This document shows, piece after piece, positions 54,391-63,968 of a DNA stretch of 64,000 nucleotides. Source of the DNA: Candidatus Eiseniibacteriota bacterium (GTDB lineage Bacteria; Eisenbacteria; RBG-16-71-46; CAVPCR01). The notes under the pieces were generated by a model. The model did no database searches. It worked only from the letters and a program-made list of their open reading frames with translations, and was not told where the DNA came from. The stretch is taken from positions 128,001-192,000 of the forward strand of contig CAVPCR010000002.1 of NCBI GenBank assembly GCA_963702435.1. Reading direction: 5' to 3'. The position numbers were made by a program, and so were the translations under genes. The first letter of the stretch is position 1. Each line of letters begins with the position of its first letter.

Positions 54391-55603
54391 CCAGCGCCTC
54401 GCGATACACGGCGAGCGTCTCCGCGCCGCAGCGCTCGAGTCGATGACGGGCGGCCGCGCTTTCGCGACCGCGGGCGCCGAGCTCGGCCGCGAGCAGAGGC
54501 TCGTGCACGATGCGGCGGAGCGCCGCGCTCCAGCCGGCAAGGTCGTCCGGCCCGACGAGCAGTCCCGCTTCCCCCACCACCTCGGGCAGGGATCCGGCGG
54601 CGGCGGCGATGACCGGCACCCCCATGGCCATCGCCTCGACCGCGGGGAGCCCGAACCCCTCGTAGAGCGAGGGCACGGCGACCAGGGTGGCGCCCGCGTA
54701 GAGGAGCGGCAGATCGGCCTCGGCCACCCGCCCGATGAAGCGAACAGCGTTGCCGCCGGCCGCGGTGATCGCGGCGAGCAGACCCGCCGAGCGCGCCGGC
54801 ACCTCCCCCACGAGGACGAGGCCCACGTCCGGCGCAAGACCGCTCGCGGCGTAGGCCCGCGCCAGGTGGAGGAGATTCTTGTGAGGGCGCACGGCGCCGA
54901 CCGCGAGGCAGTACCGTTCGGGAAGTCCGTGCGCGCGCCGCCATGCGGCGATGCGCGCGGGCTCCGGCGCGCCGGCGGCGAACACCGCCGCGACCCCGGC
55001 CGACACGACGCGGAGCTTCCCGCGCGCGAACGGAAACAACCGCGCCACGTCGTCCGCGGTGCGGCGCGACGGCGTGATCACGCGCCGGGCGCGCCGGAGC
55101 GCCAGTGCGAGCAAACCGCCGGCGATCCGCCGCCGGAACGGGGTCAGGAACTCCGGGAAGAGGAGATGGATAACGTCGTGCACCGTGACCACGAGCGGAT
55201 GCGGCACGGCGAAGGGCAACACGTAGTGCGGCGCATGCACGAGGTCGAGCCGCTCGCGCGCGAGGCGGAGCGGCACGGCCACCTGCTCCGCCAGCGACTG
55301 CTTGGGGGCGGCGAGCTCGATCCAGCGCACGGCCGGCGGACCCGCGGATGCGCCCGGGGTCGCGGCCGCGCCCGGCGGCGCGGCCCTACCTGGGGTCGCG
55401 CCCCCGCCCGGCGCCATGGCCCCGGGGAAGCCGGCCCGGGCCGCCACCGCGTCGATCCAGGTGTCGCGCCAGGGCGGCGGCGGGAGGAGGAGGGTGAGCT
55501 CGATCTCCCGGCCCCCGGCACGGGCCAGGCCGCCGAGGAGATTCCGCACATAGGTGCCGATCCCCATCTCCCAGAGCTGGCGCGCATCGATCGCCACGCG
55601 CAT
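54377..55603 (-). CDS. Glycosyltransferase family 4
   Basis: VAIDAR..GIGTY, VVTVHD, KNL, PSLYEGFGLPAVEAMA.G.PV. Confidence 0.9.
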   Translation of the reverse strand: MRVAIDARQLWEMGIGTYVRNLLGGLARAGGREIELTLLLPPPPWRDTWIDAVAARAGFPGAMAPGGGATPGRAAPPGAAATPGASAGPPAVRWIELAAPKQSLAEQVAVPLRLARERLDLVHAPHYVLPFAVPHPLVVTVHDVIHLLFPEFLTPFRRRIAGGLLALALRRARRVITPSRRTADDVARLFPFARGKLRVVSAGVAAVFAAGAPEPARIAAWRRAHGLPERYCLAVGAVRPHKNLLHLARAYAASGLAPDVGLVLVGEVPARSAGLLAAITAAGGNAVRFIGRVAEADLPLLYAGATLVAVPSLYEGFGLPAVEAMAMGVPVIAAAAGSLPEVVGEAGLLVGPDDLAGWSAALRRIVHEPLLAAELGARGRESAAARHRLERCGAETLAVYREALASRR

Positions 55604-55737
55604 GGGACCGCTATAATGCACGTCCTCGTCTTTCCTTGACGCCGGGTTCGTCCGGTTGCGCGCCCGCGCGGCGCGCGACCTGCCGCCACCGCTCCGGCCC
55701 GGGAGTATGGACGAGCCGCCGGTTCCTGGGGAGGGGC

Positions 55738-57033
55738 ATGGTCACGCCGCTCGCGCTCGTCAAGCGATCGTATGTCGCCCGCACCACGCTGCTCCTGACC
55801 GGCGGGGACGTGCTCGCGAAGGGCGCCGTCTTCGCAACGCAGATGGTGCTCGCCCGCACCTTCGACGCGGAGGCGATGGGAGCGCTGTCGTTCTGCATGA
55901 TGGTCCTACTCATCGCCTCGGCGGCGGCCGAGTGCGGCGTCAATCCGGCCCTCCTCCGCATCGCGTCGGCCGAGCTCGCCCGCGGGCGCGCTGCCGGCGG
56001 CGCCGTGCGCCTCGCCTTCGGCGTGAAGCTCGGGGCCGGCGCGGCGGTGACGGCGATCGGCGCGCTCCTCGCGCCCCTCCTCGCCCGGCGCTACTTCCCG
56101 GAGGGCGGGGCGACCGGCGCGCTCCTCGCGGCCTTCGCCGGCGGCCTCGCCGCGGCTCTCGGCTCGCTCGCCTCGACCATCTTCATCGCCTGGGAGCGCG
56201 TGCCCCGCGAGCTCGTCGTGCGCGGGGCGGCGACCGCCCTCCGCGTCGGAATCGTGCTGGCCCTCGTCCTCCTGCCCGCCGTGCCGCGCTGGCAGGCGGC
56301 GGCGATCGCGCTCGCGCTCACGCCGCTCCTCCACGCGCTGCTCTCGGCCTCGTTCCTCCCGGCCGCTGCCGCCGCCGGCCCCCCGCTCGCCCCCGACGCC
56401 CGCCGTGAATTCCTGCGCCTGTCATTCACTTTCGGCGGAGCCGGGGCGCTGGGCGTCGCCGCCACGTATCTGCCGGGGCCGATCACCTTCGCCCGCGCGG
56501 GGAACATCGAGGCCGCGCATTTCTACCTGGCGAGCCAGCTCGTGCTCCCGGTCACGGTCCTCCTCAGCCAGTACCTGATGGTGATGTCGGCGCGCACCGC
56601 CCGCGCCCCCGACGGGCGGGCCGCCCTCCACCTGCAATGGCGCTCGCTGCCGTTTCTCGGCGTCCTGGTCCTGGGCCTCGCCGCCCTCTTCCTCGCCGCC
56701 GGCCCCGCCATGACCCTCCTGTGGTCGGACCGCTACGGCGCGGCCGCCCCGGTGGCCCGCGGTCTCCTCGCCGCCACCGCGCTGCAGATCCTCGCCGCGC
56801 CGATCGACGTGCTCGTCTTCTATCACAAGCGCGCCGACATCGCGCTCGCGACGAACCTCCTCTGCGCGGCGGCCGCCGCCGGCCTCGCCTGGTGGCTCGC
56901 TCCCGCGCACGGCGCCGCGGCCGTGGCCTGGGCCTTCGCGCTGAGCGTCCTCGGGAGTCGTCTGGCGGGGCTCCTCCTCCTCGCCACGGGTGGTCTCCGC
57001 GAACGCCGCGGGCACCTCGATGGACGCCCGTGA
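55738..57033 (+). CDS. Wzx/MOP-type oligosaccharide flippase
   Basis: About 12 hydrophobic segments, LARTF..EAMG N-terminus, located among GTs. Confidence 0.72.
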   Translation: MVTPLALVKRSYVARTTLLLTGGDVLAKGAVFATQMVLARTFDAEAMGALSFCMMVLLIASAAAECGVNPALLRIASAELARGRAAGGAVRLAFGVKLGAGAAVTAIGALLAPLLARRYFPEGGATGALLAAFAGGLAAALGSLASTIFIAWERVPRELVVRGAATALRVGIVLALVLLPAVPRWQAAAIALALTPLLHALLSASFLPAAAAAGPPLAPDARREFLRLSFTFGGAGALGVAATYLPGPITFARAGNIEAAHFYLASQLVLPVTVLLSQYLMVMSARTARAPDGRAALHLQWRSLPFLGVLVLGLAALFLAAGPAMTLLWSDRYGAAAPVARGLLAATALQILAAPIDVLVFYHKRADIALATNLLCAAAAAGLAWWLAPAHGAAAVAWAFALSVLGSRLAGLLLLATGGLRERRGHLDGRP

Positions 57034-57058
57034 CCGCCGCGCTCCGGGTCTCGCCCCC

Positions 57059-58225
57059 ATGACCTCCCCGCGCTTTCGCCTCGGCGTGGACGCCCGCCCG
57101 CTCGCGACCCCGCTCACCGGGATCGGTATCGCGGTGCGCGAGACGCTCCACGCGCTCGCGGTCCTCGCCCCCGAGATGGAGATCCTCTGCTACACGGCGC
57201 GGGGCGGCGACCGCGTGGCTCTCGAACTGCCGCCCGGGAGCCGGGCCACGGTGCGCGAGGGCACGGGCCTCGCCGCCCGCTTCGGCACGCCGTGGCTCCA
57301 CTGGGGCGCGAGCGGGCTCCTCGCCGCCGATCGGCTCGACGTCTTCTGGGGGACGAACCTCGTCCTTCCGGTCGGCCTGCGCGGCCGGATCCCGCTCGTC
57401 GTCACCTGCAACGACCTCGTGTATCGCCTTCACCCACAAACGCTCTCCCGGCGGGATCGCCTCCTCCTCGCCCCGGTGGCGAGTCGCTCGCTCCGCGCCG
57501 CGGATCGCGTGATCGCGATCTCGGCCGCGACCGCCCGTGACCTCCTCCGCTTCCATCCGCTCGACCCGGCGCGCGTGCATGTCGTCCCGCTCGCCCCGGG
57601 CCGCGAGTTCCGGCCGCTCGACCCGGCGCGCGCGCGCGCGGCGGTCAGGGATCGATTCGGGATCGAGCGCGACTACGTGCTCTTCGTCGGGACGCGCGAG
57701 CCCCGGAAGAACCTGCCGGGTTTCCTCCGCGCCATGGCCGAGGTCGCGAGCGCCTTCCCCGGAGACGCCGTCGTCGCCGGCGGGACCGGCTGGGGCCTCG
57801 CCGACCCCGCCTCCCTCGGGCGCGGTCATCCGCTCGGCGAACGACTCCGCTTCCTCGGCTACGTCCCGGCGGCGGACCTGCCGTTCCTCTACGCCGGCGC
57901 CACGCTCTTCGTCATGCCGTCCTTCTACGAGGGATTCGGGCTGCCCGTCCTCGAGGCGATGGCGGCGGGCGTTCCCGTCGTCACCACCACCGGCGGCGCG
58001 CTCGAGGAGGTGAGCGGCGGCGCGGCGCGGCTGGTGCCGCCCGGCGACGATCGCGCTCTCGCCGTCGCGATCGCCGACCTGCTCGTCGACGGGCCGGCGC
58101 GCACCGAGCTCCGGACGCGGGGCCTCGCGCGCGCCGCCAGCTTCAGCTGGGAAGCCACCGCGGCCGGACTCCTCGCCGTCCTCGAAGAGGTCCGCCGTTC
58201 CTGGCAGCCCCCACCGGCCTCCTAG
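57059..58225 (+). CDS. Glycosyltransferase family 4
   Basis: GVDARPL..TGIG, VGTREPRKN, PSFYEGFGLPVLEAMAAGVPV, FSWE.TA. Confidence 0.9.
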   Translation: MTSPRFRLGVDARPLATPLTGIGIAVRETLHALAVLAPEMEILCYTARGGDRVALELPPGSRATVREGTGLAARFGTPWLHWGASGLLAADRLDVFWGTNLVLPVGLRGRIPLVVTCNDLVYRLHPQTLSRRDRLLLAPVASRSLRAADRVIAISAATARDLLRFHPLDPARVHVVPLAPGREFRPLDPARARAAVRDRFGIERDYVLFVGTREPRKNLPGFLRAMAEVASAFPGDAVVAGGTGWGLADPASLGRGHPLGERLRFLGYVPAADLPFLYAGATLFVMPSFYEGFGLPVLEAMAAGVPVVTTTGGALEEVSGGAARLVPPGDDRALAVAIADLLVDGPARTELRTRGLARAASFSWEATAAGLLAVLEEVRRSWQPPPAS

Positions 58226-58234
58226 GCATCCGCA

Positions 58235-59371
58235 TCATGGAAGCGAGGAGCTCTCGCCCGCGGCGCCGGTCGCGAGGAGACCGAGGCCGGCGAGGTGCGC
58301 GCGGGCCGCGGCGACGAAGGCGGGGCGCGAGAAGCGCTCGGCATGGGCGCGGATCGCAGCCGGGTCCCACGCCGTCGCCTCGCACTCCGCCATGGCGCCG
58401 GCGAGAGCCGCCGCCGTCTGCGGCGTGAAGAGGATCCCGGTCCGCCCCTCGACCACCGTCTCGAGAGCGCCGCCCTTGCCATAGGCGAGGACCGGCCGCC
58501 CGGAGGCCATGGCCTCGAGCGGGGCGATCCCGAAGTCCTCCTCCCCCGGCATGAGGAGGGCGCGCGCCCGGCGGTAGGCGCGCGCGAGCCCCGCGTCGTC
58601 GAGCCAGCCATGGAAGCGCACGTCGCCGTTTCCTGCGATCGCGCGCAGTTTCTGCTCGTCCGGACCGGTGCCGATCACATCGAGGCCGGCCCCGCGGGCG
58701 GCGGCCGCGACGATCGCGAGATCCACGCGTTTGTACGGCACGAGGGCGGAGACGACGAGATAGCGATCTCCGGCCCGGCCGCCCGCCGCGTCCGGCGTGA
58801 ACCGCTCGAGGTCCACCCACGGATGGAGGACATGGGCCTCGCGGCCGTAGAGCCGGCGGATGCGCTCGCGCACGTTCTCCGAGTTGGCGATCCAGTGGTC
58901 GACCCCGGCGGCGGTCGCGAGGTCCCAGCGCCGGAGCGGCCCGCGCGCGATGCGCATGGCGAGCCGGGTCGGGAGCCCCGCGCGGCCCGGCGCGAAGTAG
59001 TCGGCATAGAGATCCCACAGGTAGCGCATCGGCGTGTGGCAGTAGCAGACGTGCACCGCGCCGCGCGGCTTCCTGACCGCCTTGGCTGCCGCGTGGCTCG
59101 AGGAGAGGAGGAGATCGCACGGCGGGACGCGGAGGGTGGCCGCCGCCGCCGGATAGAGCGGCAGAAGACGCCGGTAGTAGCGCTCGGCCCCGGGCAGGCG
59201 GCCGAGAAAGGACACCCGGATCGGGTGAGACTCGAGGGCCGCGCTCACCGCGCCGCGGCGATGGACGAGGGTCAGGATGGGCGCATCGGGAAAGAGCTCG
59301 GCCAGGGACTCGAGCACCTTCTCTCCCCCGCGCATCCCGGTGAGCCAGTCGTGGACGAGAACCGCACGCAT
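58235..59371 (-). CDS. Glycosyltransferase family 4 (WbaZ-like)
   Basis: VHDWLTGMRGGEKVL, CYCHTPMRY.W, SALVPYKR.DL, EDFGI.PLEAMA.G.PV..YG.GGA.ETV. Confidence 0.9.
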   Translation of the reverse strand: MRAVLVHDWLTGMRGGEKVLESLAELFPDAPILTLVHRRGAVSAALESHPIRVSFLGRLPGAERYYRRLLPLYPAAAATLRVPPCDLLLSSSHAAAKAVRKPRGAVHVCYCHTPMRYLWDLYADYFAPGRAGLPTRLAMRIARGPLRRWDLATAAGVDHWIANSENVRERIRRLYGREAHVLHPWVDLERFTPDAAGGRAGDRYLVVSALVPYKRVDLAIVAAAARGAGLDVIGTGPDEQKLRAIAGNGDVRFHGWLDDAGLARAYRRARALLMPGEEDFGIAPLEAMASGRPVLAYGKGGALETVVEGRTGILFTPQTAAALAGAMAECEATAWDPAAIRAHAERFSRPAFVAAARAHLAGLGLLATGAAGESSSLP

Positions 59372-59380
59372 CCCGGAACC

Positions 59381-60598
59381 CTACCGAGCGGCGAGCCGCA
59401 TCGTGAGGCGGCCGAGGACCGTGTCGAGGACCGCCCGCCCGCGCGCCGTCGCGGCGAGGCGACCGCGGGCGACGGTGAGGAATCCGCCGCCGATCAGCAC
59501 GTCGACCTCGCCGCCGGCGGCGGCGGCGAGGTCGACACCGAAGCGGCGCGCGAAGGCCGCAAGCTCGATCCCCCCGGTCAGGCGGAGACCGAGGAGGAGG
59601 AACTCGGCCATCGCCTGCTCGGCGCTCACGGCCTCGGCCGGCCCCGCGGGCGACTCCCCGCGCTCGAGCCGCCCCACGTAGTGGGCCAGGTCGCGCCCGT
59701 TCGCCCGCCGGATGCCGAACGCGCCTCCGGGCAGGTAGGAATGGGCGCTCGGACCGAACCCGAGGTAGAACCCGCTGCGCCAGATGGCCAGGTTGTGCCG
59801 GCACTCCTCACCCGGCCGCGCGAAGTTCGAGATCTCGTAGCGCTCGAGGCCGGCGCGGGCCGCGCGCGTGGCGACCATCTCGTCCTGCACGAGGTACTCC
59901 TCGTCCGGCGCCGCGCAGAGCTCGCCCCGGGCCGCGAGCGCGCCGAAGACCGTGCCCGCCTCGAGCGTGAGCCCATAGGCGGAGAGATGATCGGGCGCGA
60001 GCGCGAGGAGCCGGTCGAGCGTCTCGCCGAGGCTCGCGCGGGCAACGCCGGGCACGGCCAGGATCAGGTCGAAGTTGACTCGGGGAAAGGTGGCGCGGGC
60101 GAGCCGCGCGGCGGCGAAGGCGGCGGCCGCATCGTGCGGGCGCCCGAGCCGGGCGAGCACCCGGTCGTCGAGGGACTGGACGCCGAGGCTCACCCGGTCG
60201 ACCCCGAGGTCGCGAAGCGCGCGGGCGCGCTCCGCGGTCAGGCTCTCCGGATTGCACTCGACCGTGAACTCGGCACCCGATGCGAGCGGGAACGCGCCGC
60301 GGATCGCGCTCGCCAGCCGGGCGAGGGCCGCAGGCGCGAGATGGCTCGGCGTGCCGCCGCCGATGAAGAGGCTCGCCGCCGGGCCGGCCGCGCGGAGCGG
60401 CGCGACGAGGGGATCGCCCGCCGCGGCCGCCGCCTCGGCCGCGGCCGCCGCCACGTAGGGCTCGACCCAGCTCTCCGGGAACACGCCGGAGTAGAAGTCG
60501 CAGTACGGGCACTTGGTGGCGCAGAACGGCGTGTGCAGGTAGAGGCCGTACTCGAGCGGCGCGGCCGCCAGAGCTTCACTCCCCGCGCGCTCGTTCAA
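59381..60598 (-). CDS. hemW: Radical-SAM heme chaperone (HemN-like)
   Basis: LYLHTPFC..KC.YCDF, FIGGGTPS, ECNP, SLGVQS, HLSAY.L..E, YEISNFA, HN..W; follows lepA-lepB. Start uncertain. Confidence 0.9.
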   Translation of the reverse strand: MNERAGSEALAAAPLEYGLYLHTPFCATKCPYCDFYSGVFPESWVEPYVAAAAAEAAAAAGDPLVAPLRAAGPAASLFIGGGTPSHLAPAALARLASAIRGAFPLASGAEFTVECNPESLTAERARALRDLGVDRVSLGVQSLDDRVLARLGRPHDAAAAFAAARLARATFPRVNFDLILAVPGVARASLGETLDRLLALAPDHLSAYGLTLEAGTVFGALAARGELCAAPDEEYLVQDEMVATRAARAGLERYEISNFARPGEECRHNLAIWRSGFYLGFGPSAHSYLPGGAFGIRRANGRDLAHYVGRLERGESPAGPAEAVSAEQAMAEFLLLGLRLTGGIELAAFARRFGVDLAAAAGGEVDVLIGGGFLTVARGRLAATARGRAVLDTVLGRLTMRLAAR

Positions 60599-60618
60599 TT
60601 CACCGCTCGCGCCGCCGG

Positions 60619-61287
60619 CTAGTGGATGATGTCCCCGATCCGCGCGAGCCGCGGCGTCGGGATGAAGCCGATCCGCTTCTCGGGATCCCACGACCAGTAG
60701 ATGAACATCGCCTTGCCCTTGATCAGGTGGCGGTCGAGGAAGCCCCAGTACCGCGAGTCCGAGCTGTTGTCGCGGTTGTCGCCCATCATGAACAAATGCC
60801 CGGGCGGCACGCGCTCCGGCCCGAAGTTGTCGCGGGGATCGCCGTGGCCGCGGCGGACTGTGCGGTCGGTGTACTTGGTGAACGACTCCTGGCGGAGGAC
60901 CCCGTCCACGTAGAGCTGCTTGTCGCGGATCTCGACCACCTGACCCTCGGTGGCCACGCAGCGCTTGATGAAGTCCTTGGAGGGATCCCGCGGATAGCGG
61001 AAGACGATGATGTCGCCCGGCCGGGGCGGCCGGAGCGCCGGCAGGTGGATGTTGGTGAACGGCACCTCGGCCCCGTACAGGAACTTGTTGACGAAGAGGA
61101 AGTCGCCGACGAGGAGGGTATCCTCCATCGACCCCGTGGGAATGCGGAAGGCCTGGATCACGAAGGAGCGGAGAATGAAGGTGAGGAGGACGGCGAGGAG
61201 GATGGCCTCCGCGTATTCGTGGACGATCGACTTCCGCCGCCGCGCGGCCGGCGCCGCCGCCACCGTCATCGAGTCGCGGCGGGCCAT
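60619..61287 (-). CDS. lepB: Signal peptidase I
   Basis: IPTGSMEDTL..GD, GDIIVF, FIKR, MMGDNRDNSSDSRYWG; TGATG overlap with lepA. Confidence 0.95.
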   Translation of the reverse strand: MARRDSMTVAAAPAARRRKSIVHEYAEAILLAVLLTFILRSFVIQAFRIPTGSMEDTLLVGDFLFVNKFLYGAEVPFTNIHLPALRPPRPGDIIVFRYPRDPSKDFIKRCVATEGQVVEIRDKQLYVDGVLRQESFTKYTDRTVRRGHGDPRDNFGPERVPPGHLFMMGDNRDNSSDSRYWGFLDRHLIKGKAMFIYWSWDPEKRIGFIPTPRLARIGDIIH

Positions 61288-63092
61288 CACTTGCCCACCT
61301 TGAGCACGGCCAGGAAGGCCTCCTGGGGCACCTCGACCGAGCCGATCTGCTTCATGCGCTTCTTGCCCTCCTTCTGCTTCTCGAGGAGCTTCCGCTTGCG
61401 GGTGATATCGCCCCCGTAGCACTTGGCGGTGACGTTCTTGCGAAGGGCCGACACGGTCTCGCGGGCGACCACCCGCGATCCGATCGCGGCCTGGATGGCG
61501 ATCTGGAACAGCTGCCGGGGAATGAGCGCCTTGAGCTTTTCGCAGAGTTCCTTCCCCCATTCGAAGGCCTTGTCGGCATGGAGGATCGCCGAGAGGGCGT
61601 CCACCGGATCCCCGTTCAGGAGGATGTCCATCTTGACCACCTTGGACGCCCGGTAGACACCGACCTCGTAGTCGAACGAGGCGTAACCCTTGGAGACCGA
61701 CTTGAGCCGGTCGTAGAAGTCGAGCACCACCTCGGCCAGCGGCATCTCGTAGTGGAGCATGGCGCGGTTGGGCACCGGGTAGTCGATGCTGCCGAAGATA
61801 CCGCGCCGGTCCTGGCAGAGTTTCATCAGGTTCCCCAGGTAGTCGGGCGGGCTCACGATCGTGGCCCGCACCATGGGCTCCTCGATCTCGGCGATCTCGA
61901 TCGCGGGCGGCATCCGGGACGGGTTGTCGACGAGGACGACCTCCCCGTTCATGAGGTGCACCCGGTAGGCCACGCTCGGCACGGTCGAGATCAGGTGCAG
62001 GTTGTACTCCCGGGTGAGCCGCTCGCGGATGATCTCCATGTGGAGGAGGCCGAGGAACCCGGCGCGGAACCCGAAGCCGAGGGCCGCCGAGGTTTCCGGC
62101 TCGTAGGAGAGCGAGGCATCGTTCAGCTTGAGCTTGGCGAGCGCGTCGCGGAGGTTGGGGTACTCCTCGGTATCCACCGGGTAGAGCCCGGAGAAGACCA
62201 TGGGCTTGAGCGGCTGGTACCCGGGGAGCGGATGCACGGCGGTGCGCTCGGCATCGAGGATCGTGTCCCCGACCTGGACCTCGGCGACGTCCCTGATGCC
62301 GGCCACGACGTAGCCGACGTCACCGGCCCGGATCGCGGGCTGCGGGTCGAGCCCGAGGCGGAAGCGCCCCACCTCCAGCACCTCGTAGACCGGCCCGGTG
62401 GGCCCGCTGGCGTAGAAGCGGATCCTGGTGCCCGGCCGGATCTCCCCCTCGACCACCCGGAGGGTCGGGATGACCCCCCGAAACTGGTTGAACTCCGAGT
62501 CGAAGATCAAGGCGCGCAAAGGCGATGCGCTGGCGTCCAGGGGCGGCGGGATCCTCTCCACGACCGCTTCGAGGAGGGCCTCGATGCCGGTCCCCAGCTT
62601 GGCGCTCACCCGGACCACCCGATCCGGCAGCTCCCCGACCAGCTCGGCCACCTCCTGCGCCACCTCCTCGGTGCGCGCCGCCGGAAGGTCGATCTTGTTG
62701 ATGACCGGGATGATCGTGAGGTCGTTCTCGAGGGCCAGGTAGAAGTTGGACATGGTCTGGGCCTCGATGCCCTGGGCGGCATCCACGACCAGGATGGCGC
62801 CCTCGCAGGCGGCGAGGCTCCGCGAGACCTCGTAGGTGAAATCCACGTGCCCCGGGGTATCGATGAGGTTGAGCTGGTAGGTCTCGCCATCGCGGGCCTC
62901 GTAGGAGAGCGCGATCGGATGGGCCTTGATGGTGATGCCCCGCTCCCGCTCGAGATCCATGTCGTCGAGGACCTGGTCCATCATCTGATTGGTCGGGATG
63001 GCGTGGGTGACCTCGAGCAGGCGATCGGCCAGGGTGGACTTCCCGTGGTCGATGTGCGCGATGATGCAGAAATTGCGGATGGTCTTGGTCAT
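61287..63092 (-). CDS. lepA: Elongation factor 4
   Basis: [76 protein letters not shown]. Confidence 0.98.
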   Translation of the reverse strand: MTKTIRNFCIIAHIDHGKSTLADRLLEVTHAIPTNQMMDQVLDDMDLERERGITIKAHPIALSYEARDGETYQLNLIDTPGHVDFTYEVSRSLAACEGAILVVDAAQGIEAQTMSNFYLALENDLTIIPVINKIDLPAARTEEVAQEVAELVGELPDRVVRVSAKLGTGIEALLEAVVERIPPPLDASASPLRALIFDSEFNQFRGVIPTLRVVEGEIRPGTRIRFYASGPTGPVYEVLEVGRFRLGLDPQPAIRAGDVGYVVAGIRDVAEVQVGDTILDAERTAVHPLPGYQPLKPMVFSGLYPVDTEEYPNLRDALAKLKLNDASLSYEPETSAALGFGFRAGFLGLLHMEIIRERLTREYNLHLISTVPSVAYRVHLMNGEVVLVDNPSRMPPAIEIAEIEEPMVRATIVSPPDYLGNLMKLCQDRRGIFGSIDYPVPNRAMLHYEMPLAEVVLDFYDRLKSVSKGYASFDYEVGVYRASKVVKMDILLNGDPVDALSAILHADKAFEWGKELCEKLKALIPRQLFQIAIQAAIGSRVVARETVSALRKNVTAKCYGGDITRKRKLLEKQKEGKKRMKQIGSVEVPQEAFLAVLKVGK

Positions 63093-63118
63093 CGGGAGCC
63101 AGAGGTCCTACAAGCCGA

Positions 63119-63769
63119 TCAGAACGTGAAGGCGATCCCCACGCGCCGGGCGGACACATCGACGAGGAGCGCGGCGTCCGGGGCGAGACCGCTCGACTCC
63201 TCCCCCTCCGGCGCCGCGGGCCGGACGTCCGGGGATCCGGGTGCGGCGGGCGCCGCCGGGAGCGCCTCCGCGGGCCGCTCGAACTCGGACCCCATGTCGA
63301 AGTCGCGCAGATGCGCGTCGGTGTATGCGTCGAGCATGCTCAGGAGCACGGCGAATCCCGCCCACCAGAAACGACTGATGCCGCGATCGCGGCGATCCAG
63401 ATAGCGCTGATACTCCTCGGCCGCCTCGGCCGCGTCGCCGCGATCGGCTGCCCGGTCCTGCGCCTCGAGACTCCGCTCGGCTCGCCGGAGCTCGACGAAC
63501 CCGCTGGCGAGGAGACCCACTTCGGCGCCGAACACGGCGACCGCCTTCAACTCCTGCCCGTTCTCGAGCTGGCCCCAGCCGGGGCACGCCAACGAGCGCA
63601 GGAGCGTCGAGACCGGTGACGCGGTCGACGGCGAGGCCGCAACCGGGCTCGCGGTCCCCGCGTCCGCCGCCGCCGGTGCGGCGTCGGCCAGGGCCGCCGC
63701 GAGCACCAGCACGAGGGCCGCGCGGACGGGACCGCCAGGACCTCGACCGCCGCGCGTGGCGTGAGCCAC
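63119..63769 (-). CDS. DUF5683-like membrane/exported protein
   Basis: SL..PGWGQL.NG...KA, ..LSMLDAY.DAHL..FD. Start moved to the GTG just downstream of the tRNA. Confidence 0.7.
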   Translation of the reverse strand: MAHATRGGRGPGGPVRAALVLVLAAALADAAPAAADAGTASPVAASPSTASPVSTLLRSLACPGWGQLENGQELKAVAVFGAEVGLLASGFVELRRAERSLEAQDRAADRGDAAEAAEEYQRYLDRRDRGISRFWWAGFAVLLSMLDAYTDAHLRDFDMGSEFERPAEALPAAPAAPGSPDVRPAAPEGEESSGLAPDAALLVDVSARRVGIAFTF

Positions 63770-63782
63770 CCGGAGAAGCCGC

Positions 63783-63880
63783 TGGCGGGAACGTGTGGGA
63801 ATCGAACCCACCTCGGACGTGATTAGCGCCCGACATGAGGATTTGAAGTCCTTGAGGTCCACCAGAACTCATCCGTTCCC
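63783..63880 (-). tRNA. selC: tRNA-Sec (anticodon UCA)
   Basis: Minus strand GGGAACGG AT GAGTTC TGGT GGACCTC AAGGA CTTCAAA TCCT, long variable arm TCGGGCG/CGTCCGA, GTGGG TTCGATT CCCAC ACGTTCCC GCCA; 98 nt with encoded CCA. Confidence 0.93.
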
Positions 63881-63888
63881 GGCGCCGG

Positions 63889-63917
63889 AGCCTAGCAGAG
63901 GGACCCGGGGCGGACAA
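63889..63917 (-). promoter_or_regulatory. Putative selC promoter TTGTCC-N17-TAGGCT (extended TG)
   Basis: Ends 8 nt upstream of the tRNA 5' end. Confidence 0.6.
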
Positions 63918-63939
63918 GCGAACCGAGGGCCGGGCCGGC

Positions 63940-63968
63940 CCCGACGGGCTTCCCGGAAGCCCGTCGGG
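63940..63968. other. Perfect 13-bp inverted repeat (hairpin) without a U-tract, upstream of the selC promoter
   Basis: CCCGACGGGCTTC-CCG-GAAGCCCGTCGGG. Confidence 0.6.

Noticed and set aside
55612..55617. Perfect TATAAT on the plus strand upstream of the flippase
   Set aside because: There is no properly spaced -35 (the nearby TTGACG lies downstream of it), so it was not called as a promoter.
63600..63790. Integrative element at selC, a common integration site
   Set aside because: There is no integrase and no duplicated tRNA 3' end in the window, and the downstream genes are core.
63770..63862. N-terminal extension of ORF 63119-63862
   Set aside because: It is a translation of the tRNA-Sec sequence; the CDS more plausibly starts at GTG 63769.
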